A DNA stretch of 64,000 nucleotides from an uncultured virus (IMG/VR IMGVR_UViG_3300042881_004667) (taxonomy: Duplodnaviria; Heunggongvirae; Uroviricota; Caudoviricetes). Positions 35,529 to 45,684 of the stretch are shown in pieces. Position numbers and translations under genes: made by a program. Under the pieces are notes generated by a model, which saw nothing but the letters and a program-made list of their open reading frames with translations, did no database searches and had not been told where the DNA came from. Every line of letters begins with the position of its first letter. Positions within the stretch are counted from its first letter, which is position 1. Location: IMG/VR virus record IMGVR_UViG_3300042881_004667; one strand, written 5' to 3'.

Positions 35529-35629
35529 GAGGATAGAGATGGGGTTGACAGGCAGGATGTGTAGTCCTGCAGTAAATAAACCAGGCAGTACATACGTACC
35601 ACCTGGGATTACTTAGAGCAAGCTACTGG

Positions 35630-35914
35630 TTAGAGCAGTGAATAGATACGTTCCTGCTCCATGATGATACCAAAGTTGTAGTAGTCTTCCATCTCCTGGT
35701 ACAGCTCCTTAACACTTGACGGGATGCCACCCGTGATGGTACGGACATCAATGTCGATCCATTCACGAGTGCCGTCAAAGTTAGGAGTGGCAACAAGGCA
35801 GTACTTCTCAAAGTGAAGCTGGTTCTTATTGCCGTACCAAGTAACACGATACTTGCGGTCGTCGGAAGGCTGATAGATCAGTGGTTCCATTGTGTGGTGT
35901 GTAGTAGATGCCAC
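35630..35914 (-). CDS. hypothetical protein
   Basis: ORF, probable start MEPLIYQ. Confidence 0.55.
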   Translation of the reverse strand: MASTTHHTMEPLIYQPSDDRKYRVTWYGNKNQLHFEKYCLVATPNFDGTREWIDIDVRTITGGIPSSVKELYQEMEDYYNFGIIMEQERIYSLL

Positions 35915-35971
35915 GGGATTGTGGCAATAACTGTGGGAGGACTTACACCTCCCAGTGCCGTGTTAACGGAC

Positions 35972-36154
35972 TCAGTTGGTTGGGTAGTTGTTGGTTGCGC
36001 ACCATTCCATGTGTGCGCTGTGTTGTGTTGCCGGCCAGTCATGAGTGCGACATTGCTTAGCTGTAGCCACATCCAAGAGATGGATGGTGACCTGGGTAGC
36101 AATACCCATAGTTGTAGCAATGGCGATGATGCCGGCAGCTAGTTGTTGAGTCAT
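35972..36154 (-). CDS. small secreted or membrane protein
   Basis: N-terminal hydrophobic segment, C...DWP...WC. Confidence 0.55.
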   Translation of the reverse strand: MTQQLAAGIIAIATTMGIATQVTIHLLDVATAKQCRTHDWPATQHSAHMEWCATNNYPTN

Positions 36155-36229
36155 GGTGGTATGGAATAGATGCCACTGGATTGTGGCAATGCTGATGGGA
36201 GGACTTGCACCTCCCTGTCCGCTTACGGA

Positions 36230-36421
36230 TCAGCGCCCGCTGTAAGTAACGCGGGAGTTGTTGCGTTGGTTGACTGGCGCGTAGTCGCCAGTGATGCGAC
36301 GGTCGTTGTAACGGATGACATCGCCGGTGATGCGGCGGTCAAGTTGAGACTCGTGCCACTCTTGTGATGCAGCCTGAGTAGCTGCAGAGAATGCACGTCC
36401 GAGGGATGTACGGAAACCCAT
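36230..36421 (-). CDS. small protein with RRITGD repeats (63 aa)
   Basis: MGFRTSLGRAF...DRRITGD VIRYN DRRITGD...; has a repeated leader unit. Confidence 0.55.
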   Translation of the reverse strand: MGFRTSLGRAFSAATQAASQEWHESQLDRRITGDVIRYNDRRITGDYAPVNQRNNSRVTYSGR

Positions 36422-36497
36422 TGTGTTAGGTAGTGGATGCCACTGGATTGTGGCAATGACCAGAGCCAGGCATTGCACCTGGCTTGGGAGCTATAAC

Positions 36498-36686
36498 TCA
36501 CCTGGTCTGCTGTAGTTGACGCACGAGCTTGCGCCCTGCGTCTACGGTCATGAGTGTGGAGCGATGCCACTCGCCCCACTCTTGGCCTTTGAGGACAAGC
36601 TTGGTGACACGCACCAAGTTCTCCTCCTTGTTCACCTGGAACTGATACACAGCAGTATCTGTAGTCAGGGTGAAGTAGATGATCAT
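36498..36686 (-). CDS. first ORF of the early arm, hypothetical
   Basis: MIIYFTLTTDTAVYQF... with upstream GAGGA. Confidence 0.55.
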   Translation of the reverse strand: MIIYFTLTTDTAVYQFQVNKEENLVRVTKLVLKGQEWGEWHRSTLMTVDAGRKLVRQLQQTR

Positions 36687-36926
36687 GATTGATCCTCTTG
36701 ATCTGCGACTGACGTGCGCAGAAGTAACGGCTGCGTTTAACGTCCAGCTTGACGAATGACCCTTGGATCTATTGCTAACTCTTCTGTCTTGCTGTGTTGA
36801 AACAGTGACAATTACCTCGAGCTTCTCGATGAACTGTTCTGTCTCTCCCACTAGAACGCATAGCCGAAAAGCATTGCGCGCGAAGGGATCTCAAGGATTC
36901 GTACGCTGTTTGAAAGTGTTGCAGCC

Positions 36927-36947
36927 TGTGGAAAAACCTGTGGAAAA
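36927..36947 (-). promoter_or_regulatory. two tandem TTTTCCACA (DnaA-box-like) sites
   Basis: TGTGGAAAA at 36927-36935 and 36939-36947 in the strand-switch intergenic region. Confidence 0.4.
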
Positions 36948-37220
36948 CTCGTGCATGCCCCCGCTTCGCTCCAATTACTTCTCTACCCACCCACCGTTCT
37001 TTTTTTTCTATGCACATTCGCATTCCCACAGGTGATGCAAGACCCGTCAGAAAAATATTTTCCCTATTTTGGGTATATAGGGGCCATTTTTACGAAAAAT
37101 CGTACACTATCAACAAAAAGTGTAGACGCTGCAAGGAGTTTGCCCAAGTTTTTAGACAAAATAGCCGGGGATTCTACCCCGGCTTTACGTAGATTTAGTT
37201 ATTTTCTAAAAAATTAAAAA

Positions 37221-37457
37221 TTAAAAATTGGAATCAGGGTTGGAAATTTTGGAATTCTGGTTTTTAAAGTTGCTTGCCGCCATGAATGCGCTTTTATACT
37301 TATCGGAATCTGGTACTTGCCGTGCTAATTCCCGCAATGCACCCGAAGAAAACGTTTTTACCGTAACAGGATCAGCACCTGCCTTCTCTAAATCCGCCGT
37401 TTTACTTGCAATGGCACGCATTGCTACGGCACGTTGCATTCTGTCTACCGGATCCAT
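37221..37457 (-). CDS. hypothetical protein
   Basis: 78-aa ORF divergent from the late arm. Confidence 0.55.
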   Translation of the reverse strand: MDPVDRMQRAVAMRAIASKTADLEKAGADPVTVKTFSSGALRELARQVPDSDKYKSAFMAASNFKNQNSKISNPDSNF

Positions 37458-37564
37458 TGATTTCTTGGTACTTTTCTTGTATATAGTCTAACGTACGTTG
37501 TTATTTCTTGAATTTTGCACCTTAAAATACAGATATCATAGAAATATCAGACGATAGGACTCAC

Positions 37565-40500
37565 ATGGCGGAATATTACGGCGAATCACGGAATGAAGGT
37601 CCTAATCTCTTGGGAATGGCCGGCCTTCTTGGCTTAGGCGCTCTTGCTGGTGCTGGTGGCTACTACGCATTACGTAACCTCAAGGGAAAAGGTGCGGCGG
37701 CAGAGGCATTAACACGTTCTGCACGCAATGAACGCCCCCGTGGCGTACAAATGGGTGACCTTAGTTCCCGCGTTACCGGTGACACTGGTTATGATCCACG
37801 CATTACTGGAAATACCCAACTTCCGAACCGTCGTCCTACCCGTGTTACGGGCGACATGGGTGCACCTGTCAACCCACGGCCTGTAGCACCACATGCACCA
37901 GAGCAATATTCGAATGTTCCACCAAGCGTGGCACCAACTGTACCCACAAGTACCTTAGTTGATCGCCGCGTACAAGCTAATTATGCAGATATTGCACGTG
38001 AATTAGGCAACTACCCTGGTGAAACCTGGACACCACCTTTAGATCCACGTGTTAACTACGGAGACATTACAGTTGCCCGTGGTGAAACTGTTCCAAGTGC
38101 TGAAACAAAAGCACGTGCGTATGCCAACGCTGCTGCCAAAGCAGTGTCTGAGTTACCAAGAGTAACTAGGCCACAGAGCGGCATTAATGAGAGCATGTTA
38201 ATCACTGATCCCAACACCGGGGAGATTTACCGTAGAGGTGGGGGTGGTTCTTATTTTGCTAGTAAAGCTCCTGCAGAAACTGGTAATTTGTTAACAGATC
38301 TGCCCGAAGTTGTTTCTGCGCCAAAAGAACGTATGGTACGTCGTCAAGGACGTATGGTGCCACTTTCATCTTTACAAAAAAATCAACCCGCTATTCCAAC
38401 TGGAACCGTTGATCTCAACGTTTTAGAAACTCAACCAACTCCCGTTGTTCCTACTGTCACTACCGGAATTCTTAAGGGACGCGATGTTGACTTAGCCCTT
38501 AATCAAAAAGGACTTTATTTAAGTGGAAACCCATATGAAAACGAACTTATTATTAATACCGACGCAGGAGGCAGCTATCAACTCAAGCATCCTTTTGCTA
38601 CGCATCCAAAAGAATCTATTCGTCAAGCAGCTTTAGAAGAAGAGCGTTTTGCACAGGATCTACTTGCACGAGCAGGAATCGATTTAGAGCAAGCACAAGA
38701 AGCACGCTTCTCTGCGTTCGAGCGTGCTTTTGGCGGTAATCCTGCAGTACAAAACCAAGCAACAGATGCAGTTGAATCTGGTGCTGCACAACAAGAAGGT
38801 CGTGTTTGGCAGCAACTCTCACGTAATGAAGACCTGGATAAAAATCAAATTGCTCAATTAAATGCACAAGCTGATGCCGACTATAAAGCAATGTTGGGAT
38901 CTAACCCCAGTGAATGGTCTGGTGTTGAAGGTGACGTAGCAATTAACACAGTTGCCAAAGTATTACCTGATGGTCTACCCATTGATCAGGCTGAAGGTAT
39001 TGGCTACGACCTCCGCACTGGAGAACGCTTTAAGTTTGGTGGTGCTCGTCCAGCACGTACGGGCCTTGCTCCTGGCGGCACTATCGAACTACAAACAACC
39101 CCTGGCGCAGACCTAGGACAGAGTTCGGCAGCGCGTTTTCTCCAGCAACGACGCAAGAAGCTGATGGAAGATATTGGTACTCCTGGACGTTTAGAAACTC
39201 AATTAGCTGAGGCGTTTGGTCCTGAAGCATGGCGAGAAGATCCTAAAGCTACAAGACGTCGCAACGCACTTAAACTTGGCGCAGCAGGTAACGAGCAGTT
39301 CTTTGAAAACTTAAACGAAGGAACCGTTACGATTGCTGGAGAACAATTCCCTGTATCATCCTTGAAAGAAGGTGTGTACATGGAAGATACTGCACAAAAC
39401 TTAGCAAACAAAGTTGAAGGCTACAAAAACTGGCTTGGTAATATTCGTTTACAAGAAACACGTAATCAAATAGGTTTAGCTACTGAGCTTGACAACTTAG
39501 TTGCACGTGATGCAGCTTTACAAGCTGATGTTGCCGACCTAGGCGAACAACGTAGGTCTTTCTCTAGTCCGCAAGAACGTGACGCCTACTTAACGGCAAG
39601 TCGTGGACGTGAAGTTGCTTTAGATCTTCAGGATGAACTTGACGCACGTATTAACGAAACGTTGCGTAATTACGAAATGAGTGAGCGTCGACTCGCTGGT
39701 GCAGAGAAAGCAACCGCACGTAACATCCGAAGGGCTGCCGTTCCTCAGAAACTGATGGGTGGCGTTGAAGAAGGTATTGTCGTTCGCCCTGTTCTCACGG
39801 CACCTGACAATATGGTCGTTGAAGAAGGTGAGCTTTCTAATATTGAGCGTGGACGTCCGGTTGGTAATTACATTTCACAAGAGCAACTCGAAGTTGTACC
39901 AGGTGGTCTTCTCTCTGGTGGACGTGCTAAGTCGCTTGTAAATATTGGCGGTGATCTTGGCATTGATCCTGATACAGGTGAACGTATTCTCCTTCCCAAT
40001 GTCAATGTTGATACAGGTGAAACACTTGTTCAAAAACTAGCTGGTAAGCGGATGGGGGCAGATGTAAATGTACGTGGTCGTGGTGGTGTTGCAGGACTAG
40101 ATACCAGGGCATCTATTGGTATCTATGGGCCTGAACTTGCCGAGTATGGTACTGCTGCAATGTCCAAACAAGGCGAGTATACAGAAGCAGCTAACCGTCC
40201 ACCAACTGCTACCGAATCTGCTTTACCTGTGCATCGTGTACGTAAAGTTGAAGTTGATGAACAAGGTGAGCCAGTTACCAAGTTCTTTACTTATCCAAGT
40301 TCATATGAAGATCCACAAGCCTATAAGTACACACAAGAACCGACACAACAAGCACGAGAGTCTATTGATATGAGCCGTGCCGTCCAAGGTGTGTATGCCA
40401 AATACCCACGAGATGTTGCTGATGCTATGACCGGAGTAGCATTAAATGAACTGGCACGTAGAGCCAATAAGCAACTACCTTCTTCCGTACGTACTTCTGG

Positions 40501-40879
40501 ACCATCAAGTCTGTTATCTAATCGTCCGGTAGCACCAGCACCGAAACCAACCGTGCGTAACCTGGAACCAACACAACTTGTTTTCCCTTCTAACGTTGTT
40601 CCGTCTATTGCACGTGCACGTACTACCGAAGCAGATGTTTACGCAACTAACCTTGCAAATTACATGACTAGAATGCAACGAGAGCGTGCAATGCCTACAA
40701 GCTCCCCCGTCGTTATTCAGCCTAATATCTTGACAACCGAAGAATATCAGTTGCCATTGGCTTTATCGGCGGGCGAACCAACACCGCAGATGCAAGGTCC
40801 AGTACGGGCGCCTAAACAACTTAGGAACTTTGGACCACCTATTAGGTATATTGAATCCTATCAACCCGGTCTTATTTGA
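37565..40879 (+). CDS. large putative virion internal protein (1104 aa)
   Basis: N-terminal Gly-rich TM, Pro/Thr-rich and coiled-coil segments, no Cys; first gene of the late arm. Confidence 0.7.
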   Translation: MAEYYGESRNEGPNLLGMAGLLGLGALAGAGGYYALRNLKGKGAAAEALTRSARNERPRGVQMGDLSSRVTGDTGYDPRITGNTQLPNRRPTRVTGDMGAPVNPRPVAPHAPEQYSNVPPSVAPTVPTSTLVDRRVQANYADIARELGNYPGETWTPPLDPRVNYGDITVARGETVPSAETKARAYANAAAKAVSELPRVTRPQSGINESMLITDPNTGEIYRRGGGGSYFASKAPAETGNLLTDLPEVVSAPKERMVRRQGRMVPLSSLQKNQPAIPTGTVDLNVLETQPTPVVPTVTTGILKGRDVDLALNQKGLYLSGNPYENELIINTDAGGSYQLKHPFATHPKESIRQAALEEERFAQDLLARAGIDLEQAQEARFSAFERAFGGNPAVQNQATDAVESGAAQQEGRVWQQLSRNEDLDKNQIAQLNAQADADYKAMLGSNPSEWSGVEGDVAINTVAKVLPDGLPIDQAEGIGYDLRTGERFKFGGARPARTGLAPGGTIELQTTPGADLGQSSAARFLQQRRKKLMEDIGTPGRLETQLAEAFGPEAWREDPKATRRRNALKLGAAGNEQFFENLNEGTVTIAGEQFPVSSLKEGVYMEDTAQNLANKVEGYKNWLGNIRLQETRNQIGLATELDNLVARDAALQADVADLGEQRRSFSSPQERDAYLTASRGREVALDLQDELDARINETLRNYEMSERRLAGAEKATARNIRRAAVPQKLMGGVEEGIVVRPVLTAPDNMVVEEGELSNIERGRPVGNYISQEQLEVVPGGLLSGGRAKSLVNIGGDLGIDPDTGERILLPNVNVDTGETLVQKLAGKRMGADVNVRGRGGVAGLDTRASIGIYGPELAEYGTAAMSKQGEYTEAANRPPTATESALPVHRVRKVEVDEQGEPVTKFFTYPSSYEDPQAYKYTQEPTQQARESIDMSRAVQGVYAKYPRDVADAMTGVALNELARRANKQLPSSVRTSGPSSLLSNRPVAPAPKPTVRNLEPTQLVFPSNVVPSIARARTTEADVYATNLANYMTRMQRERAMPTSSPVVIQPNILTTEEYQLPLALSAGEPTPQMQGPVRAPKQLRNFGPPIRYIESYQPGLI

Positions 40880-41133
40880 TCTATTTGTTTCTACGGAGTT
40901 TAACCATGGTTGACAAGAAAAAGAAAGACAAGAATTGGATTGACAAGGCTGAAATTAAAAAAGGTGCGTTTACCAAGAAAGCAGCTAAAAAAGGAATTAC
41001 CACTGCGCAGTTACAAGAGAACGTACTTGCCAATCCAGAGGATTATGACAAGTCCACCGTCAAGCAAGCAAACTTACGAAAGACTTTAGTATCATTAAAA
41101 AAGAAAAAGTACCGCAAAGCTGAGGAAGATTAA
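40876..41133 (+). CDS. small Lys-rich protein (likely start MVDKKKK)
   Basis: KNWIDKAEIKKGAFTKKA...QANLRKTL. Confidence 0.65.
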   Translation: MIYLFLRSLTMVDKKKKDKNWIDKAEIKKGAFTKKAAKKGITTAQLQENVLANPEDYDKSTVKQANLRKTLVSLKKKKYRKAEED

Positions 41134-41735
41134 TGGCACGAGATGCACGTCTTGCTGGACATGGGAGCGACTACTTTTCCAAGAATGAACCCCAGCGTTA
41201 TATTGACTTTACAAAAGATATCTTTGAGAAAAAGAAAAACCTAAACTACGCAGATCTCTTTACTATTCCTGCTGATAGTTTTGAGACACCATTTTCTCCC
41301 GGACGCTTTACTGAAACTGACATTAGGAAAAGCATTTCAGCACGAAAGCAACGATTAAACCCAGGCCTTGGGTTTATTGAATTCAAACAAGATGAAGAAG
41401 GTCGTGTAATCCCTAATGAAGTGTTTGCTGGTATCGGCAGGCCCTTTAATCGTCAACGCGACTATAACTTTGATACAGGCCGCCCCAATACCAAACAAAC
41501 TCCAGAAGATCAACCTGATTACAATCCAATGTGGAAAGAAATGTATGCAGTGAGTCCTACGGTAGAGGAACGTAGTGAAAACCCAATGCCATCATTTGCA
41601 AATCCTGATCCTAAGGGACGATTGATGGCACAAGCAGAAGCTAAAGCAAAGAACGAAGTGGAAGACAATAAATCAGTCGCCCAACTTCTTGCAAACAAAA
41701 AAGAAGACAAGGATGAAAAAGAGTCCAAGTCCTAA
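41133..41735 (+). CDS. hypothetical protein
   Basis: 200-aa coupled ORF. Confidence 0.7.
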   Translation: MARDARLAGHGSDYFSKNEPQRYIDFTKDIFEKKKNLNYADLFTIPADSFETPFSPGRFTETDIRKSISARKQRLNPGLGFIEFKQDEEGRVIPNEVFAGIGRPFNRQRDYNFDTGRPNTKQTPEDQPDYNPMWKEMYAVSPTVEERSENPMPSFANPDPKGRLMAQAEAKAKNEVEDNKSVAQLLANKKEDKDEKESKS

Positions 41736-41765
41736 CGCTTTATAATAAAAGAAAACTATATTCTG

Positions 41766-42419
41766 ATGGCCAAAGCGAAGCTGTTTCAAGGATTTATGGA
41801 GGCGCTTCGCCCAGGTTTGGCAAGTGCAGGCCTTACTACTGGACTAGGCGTAATGACGGGCGAGTCGTTGCCTATTTCGTTACTTTATGGCGCTGCTGAC
41901 TTATTAGGTTCAGCGGGTGCAATTGCAGGTGTACGTGCACTTAAACCTGGTAGGAATGTAGAAATCAAAGATTTAAAAACCGGCCAAGTAACCAACCAAT
42001 ATCAAGGCAGTGGATGGGAAATACCTGTTAATGTTTTGGCTTCTCTTGGAACATCAAATGTAGTTAGTGCCGCTCTTGGCCGTCCATCTTTATTTAATGG
42101 TTTTCAACCAACCGGCCAGGGCGCACAACAGCAAACACAACAAAGCACTGATCTAAATAATACTGATCTAACTAAGATGACGGGCGAGGAGTTGGCCCAG
42201 TTATCTGACGAACAAATTCTTACAATTCTTCAACAGAACAAACAACGTGAGATCATTAACCATGCAAATGATTTAGCAGGTCGTTATGCCCCTGGCACTA
42301 TGTTCCAATCGTATGGTTTACCTAATAGCCAGTCAATGCGTGATGAGATGTTTAACACACGAGTTAACGCTAACCTTGGCGACATTCAACAAATGATGGG
42401 GAGCATAGCCGGTGTCTAA
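41766..42419 (+). CDS. Gly/Ala-rich putative internal virion protein
   Basis: hydrophobic Gly-rich segments and Gln-rich region. Confidence 0.65.
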   Translation: MAKAKLFQGFMEALRPGLASAGLTTGLGVMTGESLPISLLYGAADLLGSAGAIAGVRALKPGRNVEIKDLKTGQVTNQYQGSGWEIPVNVLASLGTSNVVSAALGRPSLFNGFQPTGQGAQQQTQQSTDLNNTDLTKMTGEELAQLSDEQILTILQQNKQREIINHANDLAGRYAPGTMFQSYGLPNSQSMRDEMFNTRVNANLGDIQQMMGSIAGV

Positions 42420-43404
42420 TCCAAATCGGTTTCAGCAACTACTATCAAATACTTCTCAAGCATTAAAAGAAGGTGCACGCAAGAGCGAAAAAGCTACACG
42501 TATTGCGGAAGAAGTTTATCCAAGTGTATTAAATGTTGCTGGCAAATATCACAAAGCTTTGCGTGCTCAAGGTGTTAGCTTAAAAGAAACACCCATCCAA
42601 GCCATTGGAGCTTTTGGTACACGCTTAGCGACTGATTTAACTAATGACGGTACAAGGGGTGTGTATTGGCGTTACAACCACCCATTAGCAATATTGGATA
42701 CTGGTATTGAAAACACAATGAAAGCGGTGGTTGGTAAAGATGCGTACCGCGATTTAGGTAAAACAAAAACCGGGTTGATGGCTGCAAGTGTGGCAATCCC
42801 AACCACGATTATGAGTGGTGCTTTTAATATTCTTAACCCAGGACAAGCATTCCGTGCCACTGGGTACGCACAAACGTATTCACCTGAAGGTGCAGATGAT
42901 CGCAGGGAAACGGAACAGCCAGTCCAAGAATTGTTTGATCGTTTCTTCCTTGGTCGTCAAGGTGCGCCTTTAAAATATGAAACTGCAAAAGCAGAGATTC
43001 CAAGCTTGACGCCAGAACGTTATGCAAACTTCATGCAGAATTACTACCAAGATAGCGGCTTCATGGGACTCTTAAAAGTAACTCCTGAAAACTTGGAAGG
43101 AATTCCAGAAGCTCGTATGCTTGGCTATCCAGTTAACATTGCAACTGCAACAACTGCGATTGGTGGACTAGCTGGATTAGCTGCAGGTATACGTAATACA
43201 CCATCTAAACAAGTACCAGGCAAAGGCTATCGTTCACATACAACTGAAACGGTGCGTAGTGGATTGACACGCCGTGGCTTGATTGGTGGAGCGACAGGTG
43301 CTCTCGCTGGTGCCGCAGTAGGCGCAGCAGTTAACGCAGCTATTGCACAAGCTAATCGTCCTAAATTACCAACAGTCACTGAATATTCAGAAGAAATGCA
43401 GTGA
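42412..43404 (+). CDS. putative internal virion or membrane-associated protein
   Basis: 330 aa with glycine-zipper-like C-terminus. Confidence 0.7.
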   Translation: MSNPNRFQQLLSNTSQALKEGARKSEKATRIAEEVYPSVLNVAGKYHKALRAQGVSLKETPIQAIGAFGTRLATDLTNDGTRGVYWRYNHPLAILDTGIENTMKAVVGKDAYRDLGKTKTGLMAASVAIPTTIMSGAFNILNPGQAFRATGYAQTYSPEGADDRRETEQPVQELFDRFFLGRQGAPLKYETAKAEIPSLTPERYANFMQNYYQDSGFMGLLKVTPENLEGIPEARMLGYPVNIATATTAIGGLAGLAAGIRNTPSKQVPGKGYRSHTTETVRSGLTRRGLIGGATGALAGAAVGAAVNAAIAQANRPKLPTVTEYSEEMQ

Positions 43405-43435
43405 TAGAATTAGCTGATAACAGATAGTCGTAAAC

Positions 43436-44623
43436 ATGGCACAAATAACAGGTAGTGGCGGAGACTACAACGAGAATTACTCACGTCGTGGCAACGCCTC
43501 TCGTTATAATCAACAGAATTCTCAAAACTTCCTTTCGGGGAAACTTGCTGAAATCATGGCGGCTCTTGGAGGAGCTGGGCAGCAAGTAGCAGGTTTGTTT
43601 CAAGGTGGCGCTCCTAATACAACTGCAAACAATATTCTGATTACTGGGGATACTCCAAACGACCCACGTATTACTGGTACAACTGAAGATCCACGCGTCA
43701 CTCAATCAGGTGGACGTACTACCGGTGTTGATGTACGACGTCCGATTACCGGCACCCAAGTAGAGATGGGTGAAGAAACACGCCGTGGTGGGGGACAAAG
43801 CTCCATTCCTCCAATGGGTGCACGCGGAGCAGGTGGCGGTGGCGGCGGTAGGAATATCACTCCACCCACTCCTCCTGGCGGTGGTGGCGGAACAGGTGGC
43901 CGTGGTGGTGGCACACCTAACGTTAATCCTGGCGCTTTAGTTGACCGTAATAATTTATTTGGTGGCGCTTTCAGCGGCGAAAATGTTGCTCGTAATATTG
44001 GTCGTTTAGGCTACTTAGCACCTGCACTTGGTGCCTTCCAAGATTACACTGAAGGGCAATCCGCACAAGCAGTTGCAGCAGGAGCAGCTTCAGGCTTAGG
44101 TGCTACTTATTTAACACGTGCAGCAGGACGCGCTTTAGGCGGTGGTAAAGGTGCCGCTCTTCAATTAGCAGCTCCATTACTTGGTATCGGTGCGCAAGAG
44201 TTAGTTGGTAAAACGGTACAAAAACAACGTCAACGGGAAACCGGTGAAGGCGATCCTAATGCATTGTCTACCCAATTAGGTCGCATTGAACAACTGCAGA
44301 AAGTAGGCCTTGAAGGCAATGTTGCGTTGATGAATGCAGCCAACTCCGGTGCTAAAGACATGTTGGCCCATGCCCTGGAACAAGAACGCACGCACATGCA
44401 GGCGATGTTCCCGATGTTGGAGCAACAACGCAATAATGATGTTGTGCGCCAGCAGCAAATTATGAACAGCATGGGTCAAAACTTTGCGATGCTTGGCAGC
44501 ATGGCAACGACAGGCAAGCTTGCTCTTGGAGCACAAGCCAATGCTGGTGCCAACCTACGTCAAATGATGACTGCTGCGCCATACGCCAACGCAGTCCTTC
44601 AAGCCCCCAACATTAGTTTCTGA
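43436..44623 (+). CDS. Gly-rich putative ejection protein
   Basis: PRITG repeats, poly-Gly, Gln/Met-rich helical C-terminus. Confidence 0.7.
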   Translation: MAQITGSGGDYNENYSRRGNASRYNQQNSQNFLSGKLAEIMAALGGAGQQVAGLFQGGAPNTTANNILITGDTPNDPRITGTTEDPRVTQSGGRTTGVDVRRPITGTQVEMGEETRRGGGQSSIPPMGARGAGGGGGGRNITPPTPPGGGGGTGGRGGGTPNVNPGALVDRNNLFGGAFSGENVARNIGRLGYLAPALGAFQDYTEGQSAQAVAAGAASGLGATYLTRAAGRALGGGKGAALQLAAPLLGIGAQELVGKTVQKQRQRETGEGDPNALSTQLGRIEQLQKVGLEGNVALMNAANSGAKDMLAHALEQERTHMQAMFPMLEQQRNNDVVRQQQIMNSMGQNFAMLGSMATTGKLALGAQANAGANLRQMMTAAPYANAVLQAPNISF

Positions 44624-44635
44624 TAGGTACGAACA

Positions 44636-45124
44636 ATGGCAGGATTTCTTGGTGGGTTATTTGGTGGAGGAGGTCAGGGTGGCTTCATGAGCCAACCTTA
44701 TGGTGATTGGCGTTCTACTTCAGGAGAAGCAACAGGCAATCCGAATCTTGCTGGTAGTTACGCAGATGTTGTTGCTGAGTACCAAACTAAATACGGCAGT
44801 GATGCCAATTTTGATCCCAAAGACCCTACTTCTGTTTTTTCTAAGTTGATTAAAGATCAGCAAATTCAAACAATGCTTGCCAATGATCCACGTGTCATTG
44901 CCATGCAAGCACAAGCCTATGTTGATCCCATGAATCAACTAGCAGATAAGGCATCTGAACGTGCAATGAAAGGTCATATTTTTGCCAATGTTTTAAAAGC
45001 GCCTGACCGATATGGTGAGGCAATGGCACGTAAGTTTGACTTTATTAATCCTGTGATTCAGGCAATGCGGGATAGCAACACAGCGTCCAAACCATTTAGC
45101 AGTAGAATTACTTTTAACGTCTAA
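44636..45124 (+). CDS. putative ejection protein
   Basis: MAGFLGGLFGGGG N-terminus. Confidence 0.65.
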   Translation: MAGFLGGLFGGGGQGGFMSQPYGDWRSTSGEATGNPNLAGSYADVVAEYQTKYGSDANFDPKDPTSVFSKLIKDQQIQTMLANDPRVIAMQAQAYVDPMNQLADKASERAMKGHIFANVLKAPDRYGEAMARKFDFINPVIQAMRDSNTASKPFSSRITFNV

Positions 45125-45135
45125 AGGAAATACAA

Positions 45136-45642
45136 ATGTCTTATTGGAACACTAATATTCCTGCGGGCACCTTTGGTGATTTTACAGGGGTGCCAGGTAA
45201 GTACACCCTTCCTAGCGCAACTGGTTTTAATATTCCCGAATTTAATGCTGATATTCCAGCGGGTACGTTCGGTTCCTTTCCAAGTATTGATGGATCTGCC
45301 GCAGGACAAGCTGCGTTTGGTGGGGTTGCAGGAGGTGGTTTAGGTTCTTGGGGTGGCATGCAAGCTATTGGAGGTATTGCCAATACACTTTTTAATCAGC
45401 TTGGTAATGCACAAGGAACACAAGCAGGTCAGGAATATTTAGATTTTATGGCTGATAAACGAGATGCAGACTTTGGATCTGCACTGTTTGAGCGAAACGT
45501 AGATATTGCAGATCAATTTAGAATTCCTCGTATCGTTGCCAAAATGCGTGCAAATGATCCGAGTATTCGTCAAGCTGATCGTAGAGCAGATCTTGCCAAC
45601 TTAGCAGGTAAGTATGGACAACTTGGCGGCTTCCTCGCTTAA
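45136..45642 (+). CDS. putative ejection protein
   Basis: IPAGTFG repeat x2, Gly-rich. Confidence 0.65.
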   Translation: MSYWNTNIPAGTFGDFTGVPGKYTLPSATGFNIPEFNADIPAGTFGSFPSIDGSAAGQAAFGGVAGGGLGSWGGMQAIGGIANTLFNQLGNAQGTQAGQEYLDFMADKRDADFGSALFERNVDIADQFRIPRIVAKMRANDPSIRQADRRADLANLAGKYGQLGGFLA

Positions 45643-45684
45643 ATGTTAACGCCTTAAAATAATGAGAAAGAGAGTGTAGTTATT

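Larger units (their letters stand above)
35907..36484 (-). repeat. three tandem two-hairpin leader units of the first early genes
   Basis: GATGCCACkGGATTGTGGCAAT near 35907, 36169 and 36436, each next to a hairpin GG-UG(U/C)AA(GU/UG)-CC at 35934-35954, 36197-36215, 36464-36484. Confidence 0.8.
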
